DNA of 63,909 nt, the filler included, from Trichomonas gallinae (taxonomy: Eukaryota), in NCBI GenBank assembly GCA_008369845.1. It is 8 parts of 8 records of this genome, joined end to end, with 100 filler letters (N's around TTAATTAATTAA, not from the genome) between each part and the next. Parts side by side here need not be neighbours in the genome. Positions count along the whole stretch, not along the records: positions 8,926 to 22,966 come from MRSU01000912.1; 7 more parts are not named here. The stretch is one strand, 5' to 3'. Within the stretch, counting starts at the first letter, position 1; each line of letters starts with the position of its first letter. A program made the position numbers and the translations under genes. The notes under the pieces are model-generated. The model was given only the letters and a program-made list of their open reading frames with translations, ran no database searches and had not been told where the DNA came from. This document shows, piece by piece, positions 10,113 through 21,171 of this stretch.

Positions 10113-11762
10113 TTATGAGAACATGTTTGGTAAACTAGGCGAGATGAAGTTAAAGAAATCAGTTTCAATTCCAGGCATTGTAGAAAACTCATTTGTTGGA
10201 ATTCTTTTCTCAGGTTTCACTGCTGTTGTTTCTATTGCAAGAGCAACACCTACAACACTTCCTATTGGTTGCTGACTCATTATTTTATCGCAAATAGGCA
10301 AAATTTGAGGAGTACTGCAACCTTCAATTCTAGAAAACGCCGGGAAACAGAAAATGATCAGAGCGACACATAAGCATATGATAAATAAGTGCGGACTATC
10401 AGAACACATGGCTGAATCCCAGGCTCTCTCCAGATTTACTTCATCAAGACTTCTTCTGAAAGCCAGCATGAAGCTAGAGACAACAAAGTTCATGTCTGTC
10501 ATTTCACTTTGGATTATCCAGTCTTTGATCTTACTGTCATGCTTTCCTAATAAATCTATCACTAAATTTAAATCAATATTTTGGACGCCTTCCATGCTGC
10601 CTTCTATTAAGCTGCTATTTATCTTCTCTGCGAAACTTGCGAAGCACCAGAAGCCTAATGCTTCAGTTTGCTCTAATGTATATAATTTCGAATGATGGAA
10701 AACAATTAAGAAAGGAAGAAGCAAATCATTCAATCCTTGGGTGTAGCGGATGTCGTAATTCCAAATTGCATAAGTTTTCAATACATTTGTCATCATTGGC
10801 TTAATAACTGATTCATCTGCACCTGGCGGCAAGTTTGTTCTTCTTACATCCATTCTTATTGTCTGATAAGCTGATCTAAGCTCCGGTCTGTGCGTCAGCT
10901 GAAAAGATGACATTGATTCCCATTGAGTTTTAACGAGTTTGTACTCATCAACGCGTTGATCGAGAACAGAATCAACTTCCTTTGAGAATGGAAGAACACC
11001 AAGTAGCTGAGGCCAAAGATAAGGACGTAAATCAGAATGAATTCCTCGTCTTGATGCTTGAATGCGAATATCATTGAAAGAAATTGATGATCCAACAATA
11101 TGATCGTAATCTGCTTTGGTAAATGGCGAATTTGTGTAAGATGCTCCGTCGATTCCGAATTGAGTTGCAATTTGTGCTTTTGTCAGTTCATCAACAAGTG
11201 GAACAGAACTTGTAGTCGAAACTTGGATGAATGGAACATTGAATTTACCATCTTGACAAGGAATATCGTAAACTCTTAATAATGAAGAGAAAGACGGGAA
11301 TATTTGTGCATTATCGTGCGTAATAGTTCTCCATATATCTGCTGACATGTCTTTTTCCTTCTCAACTGCTGAATTTATTGCGATTACTTGTAAAAATTGC
11401 AAACAGGCTTCCATTGGATTTTCTTTGAACTGAAATTGGAACATTTCAGGCGGATGTAGTGTCGATATTAGCATATCCATGCAATTTGGTTGAGGTGTAA
11501 TAATTAATTTCTGAATTTGCGAAGCTTGTAGATAAATTTGATGCCTATACATTATAGATGTTCGAGTACTTCCAGGTGATGAGCTCGATTTGAAGTTTTC
11601 GCGCTTTATTCTTTCATCTGAATATTGTGCCCACTTAAAGAAGAAATTTCCGCTATCTTTCCCTATAATAAATATACCTCTCCCTCCGCTTTTCCCGGGA
11701 ACGTATGTTTCCACTTCGTGAAAAATTGCAAGAATGAGAGGCTGAGGAAGATTTTGCGACAT
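10113..11762 (-). CDS. TBC-domain Rab GTPase-activating protein
   Basis: LRPYLWPQLLG, IRMDVRRT (Arg finger) and YTQGLND (Gln finger) motifs. Confidence 0.93.
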   Translation of the reverse strand: MSQNLPQPLILAIFHEVETYVPGKSGGRGIFIIGKDSGNFFFKWAQYSDERIKRENFKSSSSPGSTRTSIMYRHQIYLQASQIQKLIITPQPNCMDMLISTLHPPEMFQFQFKENPMEACLQFLQVIAINSAVEKEKDMSADIWRTITHDNAQIFPSFSSLLRVYDIPCQDGKFNVPFIQVSTTSSVPLVDELTKAQIATQFGIDGASYTNSPFTKADYDHIVGSSISFNDIRIQASRRGIHSDLRPYLWPQLLGVLPFSKEVDSVLDQRVDEYKLVKTQWESMSSFQLTHRPELRSAYQTIRMDVRRTNLPPGADESVIKPMMTNVLKTYAIWNYDIRYTQGLNDLLLPFLIVFHHSKLYTLEQTEALGFWCFASFAEKINSSLIEGSMEGVQNIDLNLVIDLLGKHDSKIKDWIIQSEMTDMNFVVSSFMLAFRRSLDEVNLERAWDSAMCSDSPHLFIICLCVALIIFCFPAFSRIEGCSTPQILPICDKIMSQQPIGSVVGVALAIETTAVKPEKRIPTNEFSTMPGIETDFFNFISPSLPNMFS

Positions 11763-12183
11763 TTTTAAATTTTTGATTTGCTGCTTTCGCTTTTATACAA
11801 TTCGCTCCACATCATCCTAAATTTCTAACATTTCTAGTTCTAATGGGAAAAATCATATGAACATTTTATCAAAAAAATTTAATTTTAATTACAGACTAAA
11901 TTACTTTTAGATATTAATACATATTGTCAATATATGTTATTTTATGATAGAATTTCCTCAAAATTGAAATATATATTTTTCAATAAAAATAATTAAAGAT
12001 TGACAAATTTTGATATTCAAATTAGACATTATATGAGTATTATAGTAATATATTAAAGAGAATGGGCTGCTAATGTAAATTTTTGGCTGAAATTTAAAAC
12101 AAATTTTTGTAATTTTTAAATATTAGATTACAAATTAGTTATAGATATGATATTTTGCATTTTTGGAGTTTTCATTGAATTAA

Positions 12184-13092
12184 AATCTTTCACTTTTTTA
12201 TTTAAAATCAAAGCTGCCAGTTAAGCGGAAAGGGCATCTTTCCTTTCCATGTACATGCCAGCGAAATTCTAGCGATCCTGCAAAGCCGTATCATATCTTC
12301 TTGGCTCCTGGAAGTTACTTGGTCGAACTTTGGGGAGCCGATGGAGCGAGTAATTATCAATTTAAGGGTGGAAAAGGTGGATATGTGCAGTTATACCTCG
12401 ATATTTATACTACAACAGAATATTACATCACAGTTGGAGGATCTGCAATTTCTTCCAATGTCACAATGACATATGGAGGGTGTAATGGTGGTGGAAACTC
12501 ATACCCAGGTGATTCTATGGGCCGTACTGACATCAAATTCCCTTCTGGTGGAGGTGGTGGATCAACATCGATTTCCACCGGCCTAACAAATGAGTCAAGA
12601 ATCGCTGTTGCAGCGGGTGGAGGTGGAGCTGGAGGGTATACAAGTGGAGGAGGAAATGCAGGTGGCTTAATAGCGCCAAATGTAGCAGCTTGGTCCTCTA
12701 GCATTATCGCTCAAGGAGCCAATCAAACACATGGTGGAAAAGGTGGTAGATGGAATGAATATGTTGCAGGTTCAGGAACACTCTTATATGGTGGCGATGG
12801 AACAGGAATTGCATACACAGCTGGTGGTGGAGGAGGTGGACTATATGGTGGCGGTGGAAACTATGAAGGATCAGGAGCTGGCGGCTCATCAGCCCTCATT
12901 AAACCCTACCGAGGAAAAATTTTCGCGGGTGGAGAAAACTTTCGACCTCCTCCAATAGAAAATGAGCTGTATCAGCCTGGTGATGGCTTCGCACTCATCA
13001 CAGCCATCGACATGTCTTGTCAAGTCCGCTATTATGGATTTAATTATAACATATTGTACGTAATGATTTTGATTACCATAGATTCACCATAA
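12184..13092 (+). CDS. Glycine-rich surface-type protein (ALK/LTK-like Gly-rich domain family expanded in trichomonads); start codon unresolved
   Basis: FPC...PYHIFLAPGSYLVELWGADG, GGGGGSTSI, RIAVAAGGGGAG, GGGGGGLYGG and GAGGSS motifs, with a hydrophobic C-terminal tail. Frame is open from 12184 but has no ATG before the domain. Confidence 0.75.
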   Translation, partial: NLSLFYLKSKLPVKRKGHLSFPCTCQRNSSDPAKPYHIFLAPGSYLVELWGADGASNYQFKGGKGGYVQLYLDIYTTTEYYITVGGSAISSNVTMTYGGCNGGGNSYPGDSMGRTDIKFPSGGGGGSTSISTGLTNESRIAVAAGGGGAGGYTSGGGNAGGLIAPNVAAWSSSIIAQGANQTHGGKGGRWNEYVAGSGTLLYGGDGTGIAYTAGGGGGGLYGGGGNYEGSGAGGSSALIKPYRGKIFAGGENFRPPPIENELYQPGDGFALITAIDMSCQVRYYGFNYNILYVMILITIDSP

Positions 13093-14597
13093 TACACATG
13101 GATGAATAGATAAACATTGATTATATTCTTACAAAAGATGTAAATATATATGTTTTAACTGTCTATTATTGAATAAAATTGAATTTTAAATATTCGCGAT
13201 TTGTTAATAACTGGACATCAAATAAACATCATCAACAATACTATTGCAAGAATATCTATAGTAGAGATCGGTCTAGGATTCAAAATTATTCGTTTTCACG
13301 AGTAGTCGATAACAAGTCTCCATATTAAAAATTTACATAATACAGAACATTGGCATGCTCAAAATTTATATAACAGAAGAAAATAATCATCACAAATTTT
13401 CGCCCATAAAATATGACATTTCATTAATCATCTTAAGGCAGTGAATCATGCATATTACGAGACAGCGGATGAAGAAATCTAATCTCCTAGCCTTATATGG
13501 AAATTAATTAGAATCGGCGTGAGACCGTGCAACTTCGTGTTTTTTAAATGAATCTAGCATTAAAAATATAAGTACTTGACGAAAATCGAGGTTAGTCAGG
13601 GAGGATCAATAATTTAGCATAATCAAAATTCACTTATTTTATTCAAAAAATCACGAGTAGCTTATTAACTCATATGCTATCAACGGCATGGTAATTAGTG
13701 GGTCAAATAGGAGGATCACTGCCAGGCCAATTGTGTAAGGAAAAAGCTCTCAACACTCAAACAGGCGAAGAAAATTCTGAAATACCCAAAATTGTTAGCG
13801 GTGGCCATTTTATTCATTAACATCCTATAGAGCATAGGAATATGATATACATGGATTTAGATCGAAAATTTTTCAGCTATTTTATCTCCTAAATAGTTAC
13901 AAATACAGCAGGAAAATCTAGTTCATTATAAATTTAAGGTCAAAACAGCTAAATTCCAATTGGATTAATCTTGGCAATTTCTGTTTTGCAAATAAATTCA
14001 TCATTGTTGTCATATTATGCATTAATATACATATCTGATATCGGAATAGCAAATAACTCATAACGGGAGGATAAATAAATTTTTTTTCCTGACATCAAGT
14101 TTTTATATGGAAATATATGCACTTTTATATAGCATTACATAAAATCATATCAAAACTCAAAACTCAAAAGTCAATCATTTCAAAATAAATTTTCCTCACA
14201 AATCTACACAGTATGCTTTCCTACACATGATTTTACCGCGAAGATTTCAGAAAAGTTATGAAAAAATAATCATATCAAAAAATTACAATTCTAATTTTGT
14301 TTGATATAATATCAAAATATATCTATGGCCAAGTTTGTGAATTCAGAATTTTGAAGTTGATTTAAATTTAGATTAACCATAATATAGGATTACATTTAAT
14401 CTATAAAATAATTTATCGTATTAATAATTGAATAGTAAAATCAAAAGTTCGATAATTTAATTTGTTAAGTTATATATAGAAGATTTAGTTCTTATTCAAA
14501 TTTTTTCTGAGCGATAAAGTATTTTTTGAGAGGGAAAATCTGAAAATAGATTTTATAATTAATAGTAACATGTTTATTTGAATAATTAACAAATAGA

Positions 14598-14897
14598 TCA
14601 GCTAGATGAAGATGAATCATCTTCTAAAACAACATACTTTAAATATTTGCTAATTTGTGCCCAATTATCTTGGTACCATTTAAGTATTACACTTTTTCTT
14701 CTGCGTGCATCTCGATCTAGTTTGACTTGTGCGTATGGTTTAATTGCTTCAGCTATTGAGACCAACTCATCTTGTGTAATCTTTGCTCCAAAATGCTGGC
14801 AAAGGCCCGCCCAAGCATCGCTACCCAGGGGGTTGAACCCACTGACTCTCTGCTGTACACGTGCTATTTCGTTATCGCGCTCACGCTTACGGTGCAT
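14598..14897 (-). CDS. Small conserved hypothetical protein (trichomonad 'KLDRDAxRRKxVxxKW...NW' family)
   Basis: 99-aa ATG ORF with TCACT Inr upstream; motif VKLDRDARRRKSVILKWYQDNW. Confidence 0.8.
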   Translation of the reverse strand: MHRKRERDNEIARVQQRVSGFNPLGSDAWAGLCQHFGAKITQDELVSIAEAIKPYAQVKLDRDARRRKSVILKWYQDNWAQISKYLKYVVLEDDSSSSS

Positions 14898-15556
14898 GAT
14901 GATTTTTATGGTAAAAAGTGACTAACTTTCGTTTTATTTTTGAATGTATTATTTTCAGATTGAGCGAAATTCTTCACACACATTTCATTCCTCTCCGTTT
15001 AGTGATGGCGTTTTAGAAATTAATTCAATTGGATTATCAATTTTTTCTGAGATTTACCTTTCAGAATTCTCAAACGTGGATAAATTCATGATTCTTCTGG
15101 TTTTGCATTAAATAGACTTATAGGTATATTACGGTATCCATACCATTGTCTAATTTTATTCTGAATAAAATTTTCCAAATCTACAGATGTTTTTGCAGAG
15201 TAATGTATGGTTTTAATTCATAAATATCCATTAAAAATACTGTCTACATGCAGGTTATAGTGCTTATTTTCGCTGAAATATGGGAAATCTAACCGATATC
15301 CTTCGATTGTTTTTGATTATGTAGTGAGTCCAAAATATAGCTTGTATCATCATAGTTATCAAATAATCAATAAAATTGTAGCATTCTTTGGCGTTTTCAT
15401 CGACTCATATTAGTTTAATCAATTTGACTCATTTTTTTAGAGCTTTCGTAGAATCAAGGCCAAAATTGCACAAAGCATTGCCATTATATCACATACTTCA
15501 TTTCACAGGATAATCATTCGAACTAACGAATATTTGATTACATATCGATTTGTCAA

Positions 15557-15736
15557 TTTACATGACAATTCATATAAGATTGTCAAAATTTTTCATTTAT
15601 GTGACAAAATGCCAAGAATTTTAGTTAATCTTTACATGACAAAAACAAATCTCAAAAATCATTTACATGACAGATAACAAATAGAAAAATCTACTTTACA
15701 TGACAAAAATATTAAAAATTTTCTGCGTCGTCACTT
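15557..15736 (+). promoter_or_regulatory. Cluster of five TTTA(C/T)RTGACA motifs spaced about 31-39 bp apart, followed by a TCACT Inr
   Basis: Copies start at 15557, 15596, 15631, 15662 and 15695; TCACT at 15731; ATG at 15743. Confidence 0.6.
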
Positions 15737-15742
15737 TTCAAT

Positions 15743-16636
15743 ATGAGTGACAGGCACGGCTCTAGACCTATTGATTCTGTTGGTGGTCGCAACTTTGTAA
15801 GGTCATCAGCTACCCCACAAGCGACGCGTCCAATCGAAATTACAACAGCTAAAAATTCGTCTGCAAAATTCGTTATCGAAAAACCACAAAGAATGAACAT
15901 TTCCATTGGTAAAACACAAAACCAATCAACACCGAAAATCGAACGTAATCACACACCCCTTAAAGTTCAAGCTCCAGCGAGATCTCAAAATCAAGCTCCA
16001 GCGTCAAATCCTGTTGTTGCTCCACCTCCAGATAAGGTGATGGTCCAAGCTCCTGCCCCAATTATCACTACGCCTCGCTCATCGGCTCCGCACCCACAAC
16101 CTCAAGTTACTCATTCTGCCCCGGTTAATCAACCAGCTCCAGTAGCACAAACTCAATCACCACCAATTGTTACAAACGAATTCATTTCACCAAAGCCTCC
16201 AGCTCCAGCAGATTATTTCTCGAAATTTTCTTTCTTATCTTTTGTTCAGTCATTCAAAGAAGAAAGGAGCTTTAATGAAACAGACTTAAATGCACTTGGA
16301 CTAAATCTTAATAAAGAAGAACCTCTTTTACCGATGTTGCATTCTGTACTTTCAGATGCTCCTTTATTAAATAATTCATGCTACCCAATGCCTAAGAGTT
16401 ACACAGCATTTGCAAAAACAGAAGATCCAACAGAAACAATTCAAATGTTTTCTGCACCAATTCTTTTGTTCATATTTTATACACAGATGCATACAGAGAT
16501 GCAGACTGCAGCATCCAACGAACTAATGAAGCGTGGTTTCTCATATGATGAAGAAAAAGGATCCTGGTCAAATCCAGAAGGCGCTGAATGGGATATCAAT
16601 CAGTGGAAGTTCGCTGAACCAGAAACTGACGACTAA
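15743..16636 (+). CDS. CCR4-NOT complex NOT2/NOT3/NOT5-family protein (NOT2-like)
   Basis: Pro/Gln-rich N-terminus followed by DLNALGLNL...PMPKSY...ILLFIFYTQ...QTAASNELMKRGFSY (NOT box). Confidence 0.8.
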   Translation: MSDRHGSRPIDSVGGRNFVRSSATPQATRPIEITTAKNSSAKFVIEKPQRMNISIGKTQNQSTPKIERNHTPLKVQAPARSQNQAPASNPVVAPPPDKVMVQAPAPIITTPRSSAPHPQPQVTHSAPVNQPAPVAQTQSPPIVTNEFISPKPPAPADYFSKFSFLSFVQSFKEERSFNETDLNALGLNLNKEEPLLPMLHSVLSDAPLLNNSCYPMPKSYTAFAKTEDPTETIQMFSAPILLFIFYTQMHTEMQTAASNELMKRGFSYDEEKGSWSNPEGAEWDINQWKFAEPETDD

Positions 16637-16717
16637 TTTATTTATTACTGTTTAAACATTACAATAGAATATTTTTATATATGATTTTTTTTATAAAATA
16701 CTTTCTTTTAGTTCACA

Positions 16718-18288
16718 ATGTCATTTTTTTATCCAAAAGCTCCTTGCCTCTCGATTTGCAGAAGGTCAACTGTCCAGTTACAATTGCAAGCACCGGCTAA
16801 TATTGAAACAAATCTCGAAGTTCCATCATTCCCTTATACCTTCTGCCCTAGCGTTTTTGGAACAAGTTTCTTAACACATTTAGTCATTTTATCAGTGGTC
16901 GAAAATCCAAACGAATAACCAATTCCATGGCTCAAGGATGGAATATACGATGTCCATACGACGGAAATTGTCATTGCTGCAGTCGCAGAATATATTCAAA
17001 TGACTTTACTTAGACGAATCATGCAATATTTCCACTTTAGCAATAATGAAATTCTTTCAACTTTCACAGTGACAATATTCAACAACATGGGCTACAATCT
17101 AAATGATAGAGAGTTCATAGCAAAAGTTGATAATGTATGCAAACATTTCGGTGCCATTATTCTACACAAGCTTCCTTATAAAGATATTCGTGGCAGAAAA
17201 AAGATTGGCTTCATAGACTGCATTATTATTTCACCAGAATTTTTATTCCCATTCATCACAATACTCAAAGCCGAATTCATTGGAAATACTGTCGTTCCTC
17301 TTCGTATTCCAAAAGAGATTATTCCTCCCTCGATGATTCTAAGGCAAGATGTTCAAAAATCACTCGAAAATTGGTTCAAGCAAAATCAGCTCAATATCAG
17401 AAGGCATCAGACATCATTTGCTGGAAACCACGGAGATGTTTCCAATGCAATAAATTTATTGATAACAAGTCCTCCTGAATTGCCATTTTTAATATATCTT
17501 ATTCCAGGAAATTGAACTCCAGGAAATTGTGCTCTATAGGAGGATCAGAAGTTCTTGAATTCAAATCCTCTGACACAGATTCAGTTAATACCAATGATCA
17601 TAATGTTCCTGATGTTTTGGCCAACGAAATTCTATGCTGTGAAAACCCAGCCAGACAAACTCAATATCAAATTCCTCTTCACTTCAAGGATAGTGTCATC
17701 AAAAGGCCAGCCTGCCTCGATTGGATCAAAGAATCATTGCGAAACGTTTGTCGGCTCTAGTCAAAGGAAATGATGTGTTGAATGCTGAAGAATCACTGGA
17801 GTTTTGGGAGGCAATTGACTGTTAAACTATTTTTGAATGCCAAGCAAATGAATCTGGTGATGAATTGTGACCAACAATTCCATTTGGTCAGTTAATGTGG
17901 ATTCTGAATACATCCCCAATAGCACACGAAGAGGCGCATGCATATTTGACATCATTTGCTTCAATCATTCTTCACAAGTCTCCATTTGTCACTTTCTGCC
18001 CACGTCATCCTAGCGTATTATTGAATTCGATGACAAAATCATGCAAACGCTCATTCAAGAATTGCCCAATGCAGCTTTTCTCAGAATCCTAAAGGTCAAT
18101 GCCAAATGAAACCAAAACTACCAGTTGGCATAAGAGAGTGTCCATTCTGTCATAAATTTGTTGGAAAAATTTGTGCTTGCAACTATATAACATGCGCCTG
18201 TGGAAATCATTTTTGTTACTATTGCGGCAAAGGATTTCATTCTGGTGATGAAACTTATCGACATATGGATTTATTAAGATCCACCTGA
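16718..18288 (+). pseudogene. Decayed RBR/IBR-type E3 ubiquitin ligase gene
   Basis: The 16718 and 17000 ORFs are in one frame, split by a single TAA (16916). Further frameshifts and stops follow. 3' fragments read EL*PTIPFGQLMWIL..FCPRHP and the RING2-like ECPFCHKFVGKICACNYITCACGNHFCYYC. Confidence 0.75.
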
Positions 18289-18438
18289 TAATGCGAAATT
18301 TATTAAGAAGTGAAATGCATCTGATGAGGATTTGAACAGATATTATATGAGATATCTACAATTCATGCCAACTTAATTTTATAAAACATATATTTATACT
18401 TAAATTAAATAAATGTCTTTTCATTTTTATATTAGTAA

Positions 18439-18630
18439 TACAGCGAGATCCAGAACTTTGTTGCTCCAAACAATTTAGAGTCTATTGGTTACTGTGTGCA
18501 ATATATCATGCGTGCTCATTTCTACGTCATCAAGATCATGTCTATTGGATCCATTGCTTTAAAAGACTGCAAACCATTTATCTCCTTTTGTGTAATAATG
18601 CAATTCAAACAGTATATCGTAGTAAAATAA
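18439..18630 (+). pseudogene. Possible BspA-like leucine-rich-repeat remnant
   Basis: Stop-free stretch encoding FVAPNNLESIGY and IMSIGSIALKDC, reminiscent of the TpLRR consensus IPxSVTSIGxxAFxxC. Confidence 0.3.
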
Positions 18631-18634
18631 CAGA

Positions 18635-20503
18635 TTATGATATATAACATTTTGTAGCATTTTGTTGGTTAATAATCAATTTCTGCAATTCATATGATCG
18701 TGCATATGCATATGGTTGGTTGTGCTCAGCATCTTCCGCATTAAGTTCACTGCCTCCAAGAATCAGAGAAACTGCCATATTAAACTTGTTTTCTTCGCAA
18801 GCAATGTGAAGAGGATACTTTCCATTACTAGATGATACATTTGGATTCATTCCGATGTCGATCAAGAATTTCACTAATTCATCATTATCAGACATACAAG
18901 CGAAATGCAGACATGTATTACCTCCTCTTCCTTTGGCAGTCATGTCGCAGCCCAATGATTGAAGATACTTAACAATTTCTAAGTTTCCGCATAAACATGC
19001 ATAATGGACTGGTCTCATGCATGTCTCATCCATGACATTGATTTGAGCATTGTGTTTCAGCAAAAGCTTGACTAAGTCGATATTACCTAATTTGCAAGCA
19101 ATGTGCATCGCCCTCATCTTATTTTCAGCCTTCGCTTCTATATTAGCACCTCTTTGCAGCAGTTCATCAACGAGTCTAGTATATCCGTGAAGACAAGCAA
19201 CATGCATAGCAGTCACGCCAGACAGATATTCTCTCCTTCCAACATATTCGCACCTCGTGTCGATTTTGGCGCCACACTGGACTAGATAGCATGCTATGTC
19301 TATACTGCCGACACTTGCAGCACAATGCAGTGGAGTGTCTCCAAGCTGATCAGTTGCTGCATCGATTTTTGCTCCAGCTGTTATTAAAATGTCAACGATT
19401 CTAAAGGAATTTGACAAACTCGCGTAGTGTAGTGCGCTCTTTGACATCTCATCACATATATTTACATCAGCGCCGTTGTCTATCAAAAACTGTACGCATT
19501 CAACACTTCCAGCAGAACAAGCGTAAATCAGCGGTGTTTTCTTCATCGAGTCTAAGTGGTTCACTTGCGAGCCGTGTTCGACTAATATCCTCGCAATTGG
19601 TAATGAAGAATGCTTGCATGCATAGTGTAGTGGCGTCATCGATCTACTGTCTTTTTCGTTGATGTCGAATCCATGGTTGACTAAATAGAAAACGACAGAT
19701 ATGTTCATCGATCGCGCGCTGTTGCAAACTGTTGGTTTTTGCTCTCCGTATTTTCCGCTCATGAAGATATCGAATGCTTCTCCATGATGACAAAGGGAGC
19801 TCAACTCTGCTCCGTTGTCAAACACGCCGCCTTCTTTCGCGCACATCTCTATAATGTTCAAATTTCCGCCCCTCAGTGCCATTTCGCAAGTTTCTGATGT
19901 AACTTGAGGCTTATATTTTAGAAGGAGCGAGAAACAGTCTTCTGCACCGTATAAAGCTGCGAATGCTAGTGTAGGCATCTCTTGTTTGCATAGGAAGAAG
20001 TCTGAATTGTTTGTAGAAACATATCCTTTTAATGACATTTGACTTTGAGTCGCGAGACGAGATAGAATTGATACCATGTCGTATTTGAGGATGTACTCGA
20101 GGCTATTTTTCGGGTAGTCTTCTGGTAAGTTCATTTTGGAAAAATGTTCGAAATCTTGATCTTCAGCGAATCCGCCTGCATTAAGTATATGGCGGAGGAG
20201 TAATGGGTTTTCATGGTATATATCATCTGCTGTGAATGTGTTTTGTCGCTTCTTGCTCAGCTCAACCCACAATTGTGAATACGCAGCAATGTGTTTTGGC
20301 CTTATTTCGGAAAATATGATTATCATTGCAAACAAGTAACGCGATTCTGAATGTTCAAACTTTGTTAATACAAAATTTAGAATTTGATAAATTGGAATTG
20401 TATTTATTTCGCATAATAATTGATCATATTGTTCGCATTTGGCAATACTCGGTGACATATTTAATCTCTGCTTGAATATTGAAGGCAGAGTGCTTTCATC
20501 CAT
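18635..20503 (-). CDS. Ankyrin repeat protein
   Basis: About ten TPLHYAC/TPLIYAC/TPLHCAA/TCLHFAC ankyrin units. Confidence 0.95.
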   Translation of the reverse strand: MDESTLPSIFKQRLNMSPSIAKCEQYDQLLCEINTIPIYQILNFVLTKFEHSESRYLFAMIIIFSEIRPKHIAAYSQLWVELSKKRQNTFTADDIYHENPLLLRHILNAGGFAEDQDFEHFSKMNLPEDYPKNSLEYILKYDMVSILSRLATQSQMSLKGYVSTNNSDFFLCKQEMPTLAFAALYGAEDCFSLLLKYKPQVTSETCEMALRGGNLNIIEMCAKEGGVFDNGAELSSLCHHGEAFDIFMSGKYGEQKPTVCNSARSMNISVVFYLVNHGFDINEKDSRSMTPLHYACKHSSLPIARILVEHGSQVNHLDSMKKTPLIYACSAGSVECVQFLIDNGADVNICDEMSKSALHYASLSNSFRIVDILITAGAKIDAATDQLGDTPLHCAASVGSIDIACYLVQCGAKIDTRCEYVGRREYLSGVTAMHVACLHGYTRLVDELLQRGANIEAKAENKMRAMHIACKLGNIDLVKLLLKHNAQINVMDETCMRPVHYACLCGNLEIVKYLQSLGCDMTAKGRGGNTCLHFACMSDNDELVKFLIDIGMNPNVSSSNGKYPLHIACEENKFNMAVSLILGGSELNAEDAEHNQPYAYARSYELQKLIINQQNATKCYIS

Positions 20504-20520
20504 GAAATCCTAATTTTCTT

Positions 20521-21100
20521 CAAAATTCTGATAATTTTTGACATTTTACACGACAAAAATTAATCTAATATAGTTACATAATGATTGATAATGTAAAATA
20601 TCAAAATTTCAAATATTTTTACATGTCAAAAATCAAATATGTCATTTTTAAAATTCATGTTTATTTTGAATATGTATAATAATTTCGATGCTATTTTTGG
20701 GTATCTATGATTTATTTATCTATTTAATAATATTCTATTAGTTATTTTAAATTATATAGGTATGATTTCGAGATATATTTTTGATATTTGACATGTAAAT
20801 TTTGATGTTATTATTGAAATGTTTTGAAAATTCAGAATAATTTTGACGTTTTACACGACAAAAAATATAATTATATGATGAATGGTAATGTAAAATATCA
20901 AAATTTCAAATAGTTTTACGTGTCAAAAATTAAATCTGTCAGTTTTAAAATTCTTGTTTATTTTGATTTTGAACAATAGTTTTATTATTATTTTTGTATA
21001 TATGTGATATCTTTATTTATATAGTAATAATATTTCAGTAGTTATTATAAATTATATAGGATTGATTTCAAGATATAATTTATATATTTGACATGTAAAC
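20521..21100. repeat. Degenerate tandem duplication of a ~305-bp unit filling the divergent ankyrin/SCAMP intergenic region
   Basis: About 20521-20800 aligns colinearly with about 20827-21100 (ttttacacgacaaaaa, taatgtaaaatatcaaaatttcaaata, aaattatatagg, atatttgacatgtaaa). Confidence 0.88.
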
Positions 21101-21171
21101 TATTTTTTGACATGTCAAAAATCGAAAAAATTTTATAAAAATTTTCGTTGTCACTTTTCAAATTTTTCTCA

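Noticed and set aside
13531..13541. AAC-TTCGT-GTT, the same loop as the CDK 3' hairpins
   Set aside because: Isolated weak 3-bp stem; the same string occurs by chance inside a CDS near 37126
16916..16918. In-frame TAA stops (here, 22687 and 47555) as a sign of stop-codon reassignment
   Set aside because: Most intact conserved genes in the window end in TAA and have no internal TAA; the cases are explained by pseudogenes or a candidate intron
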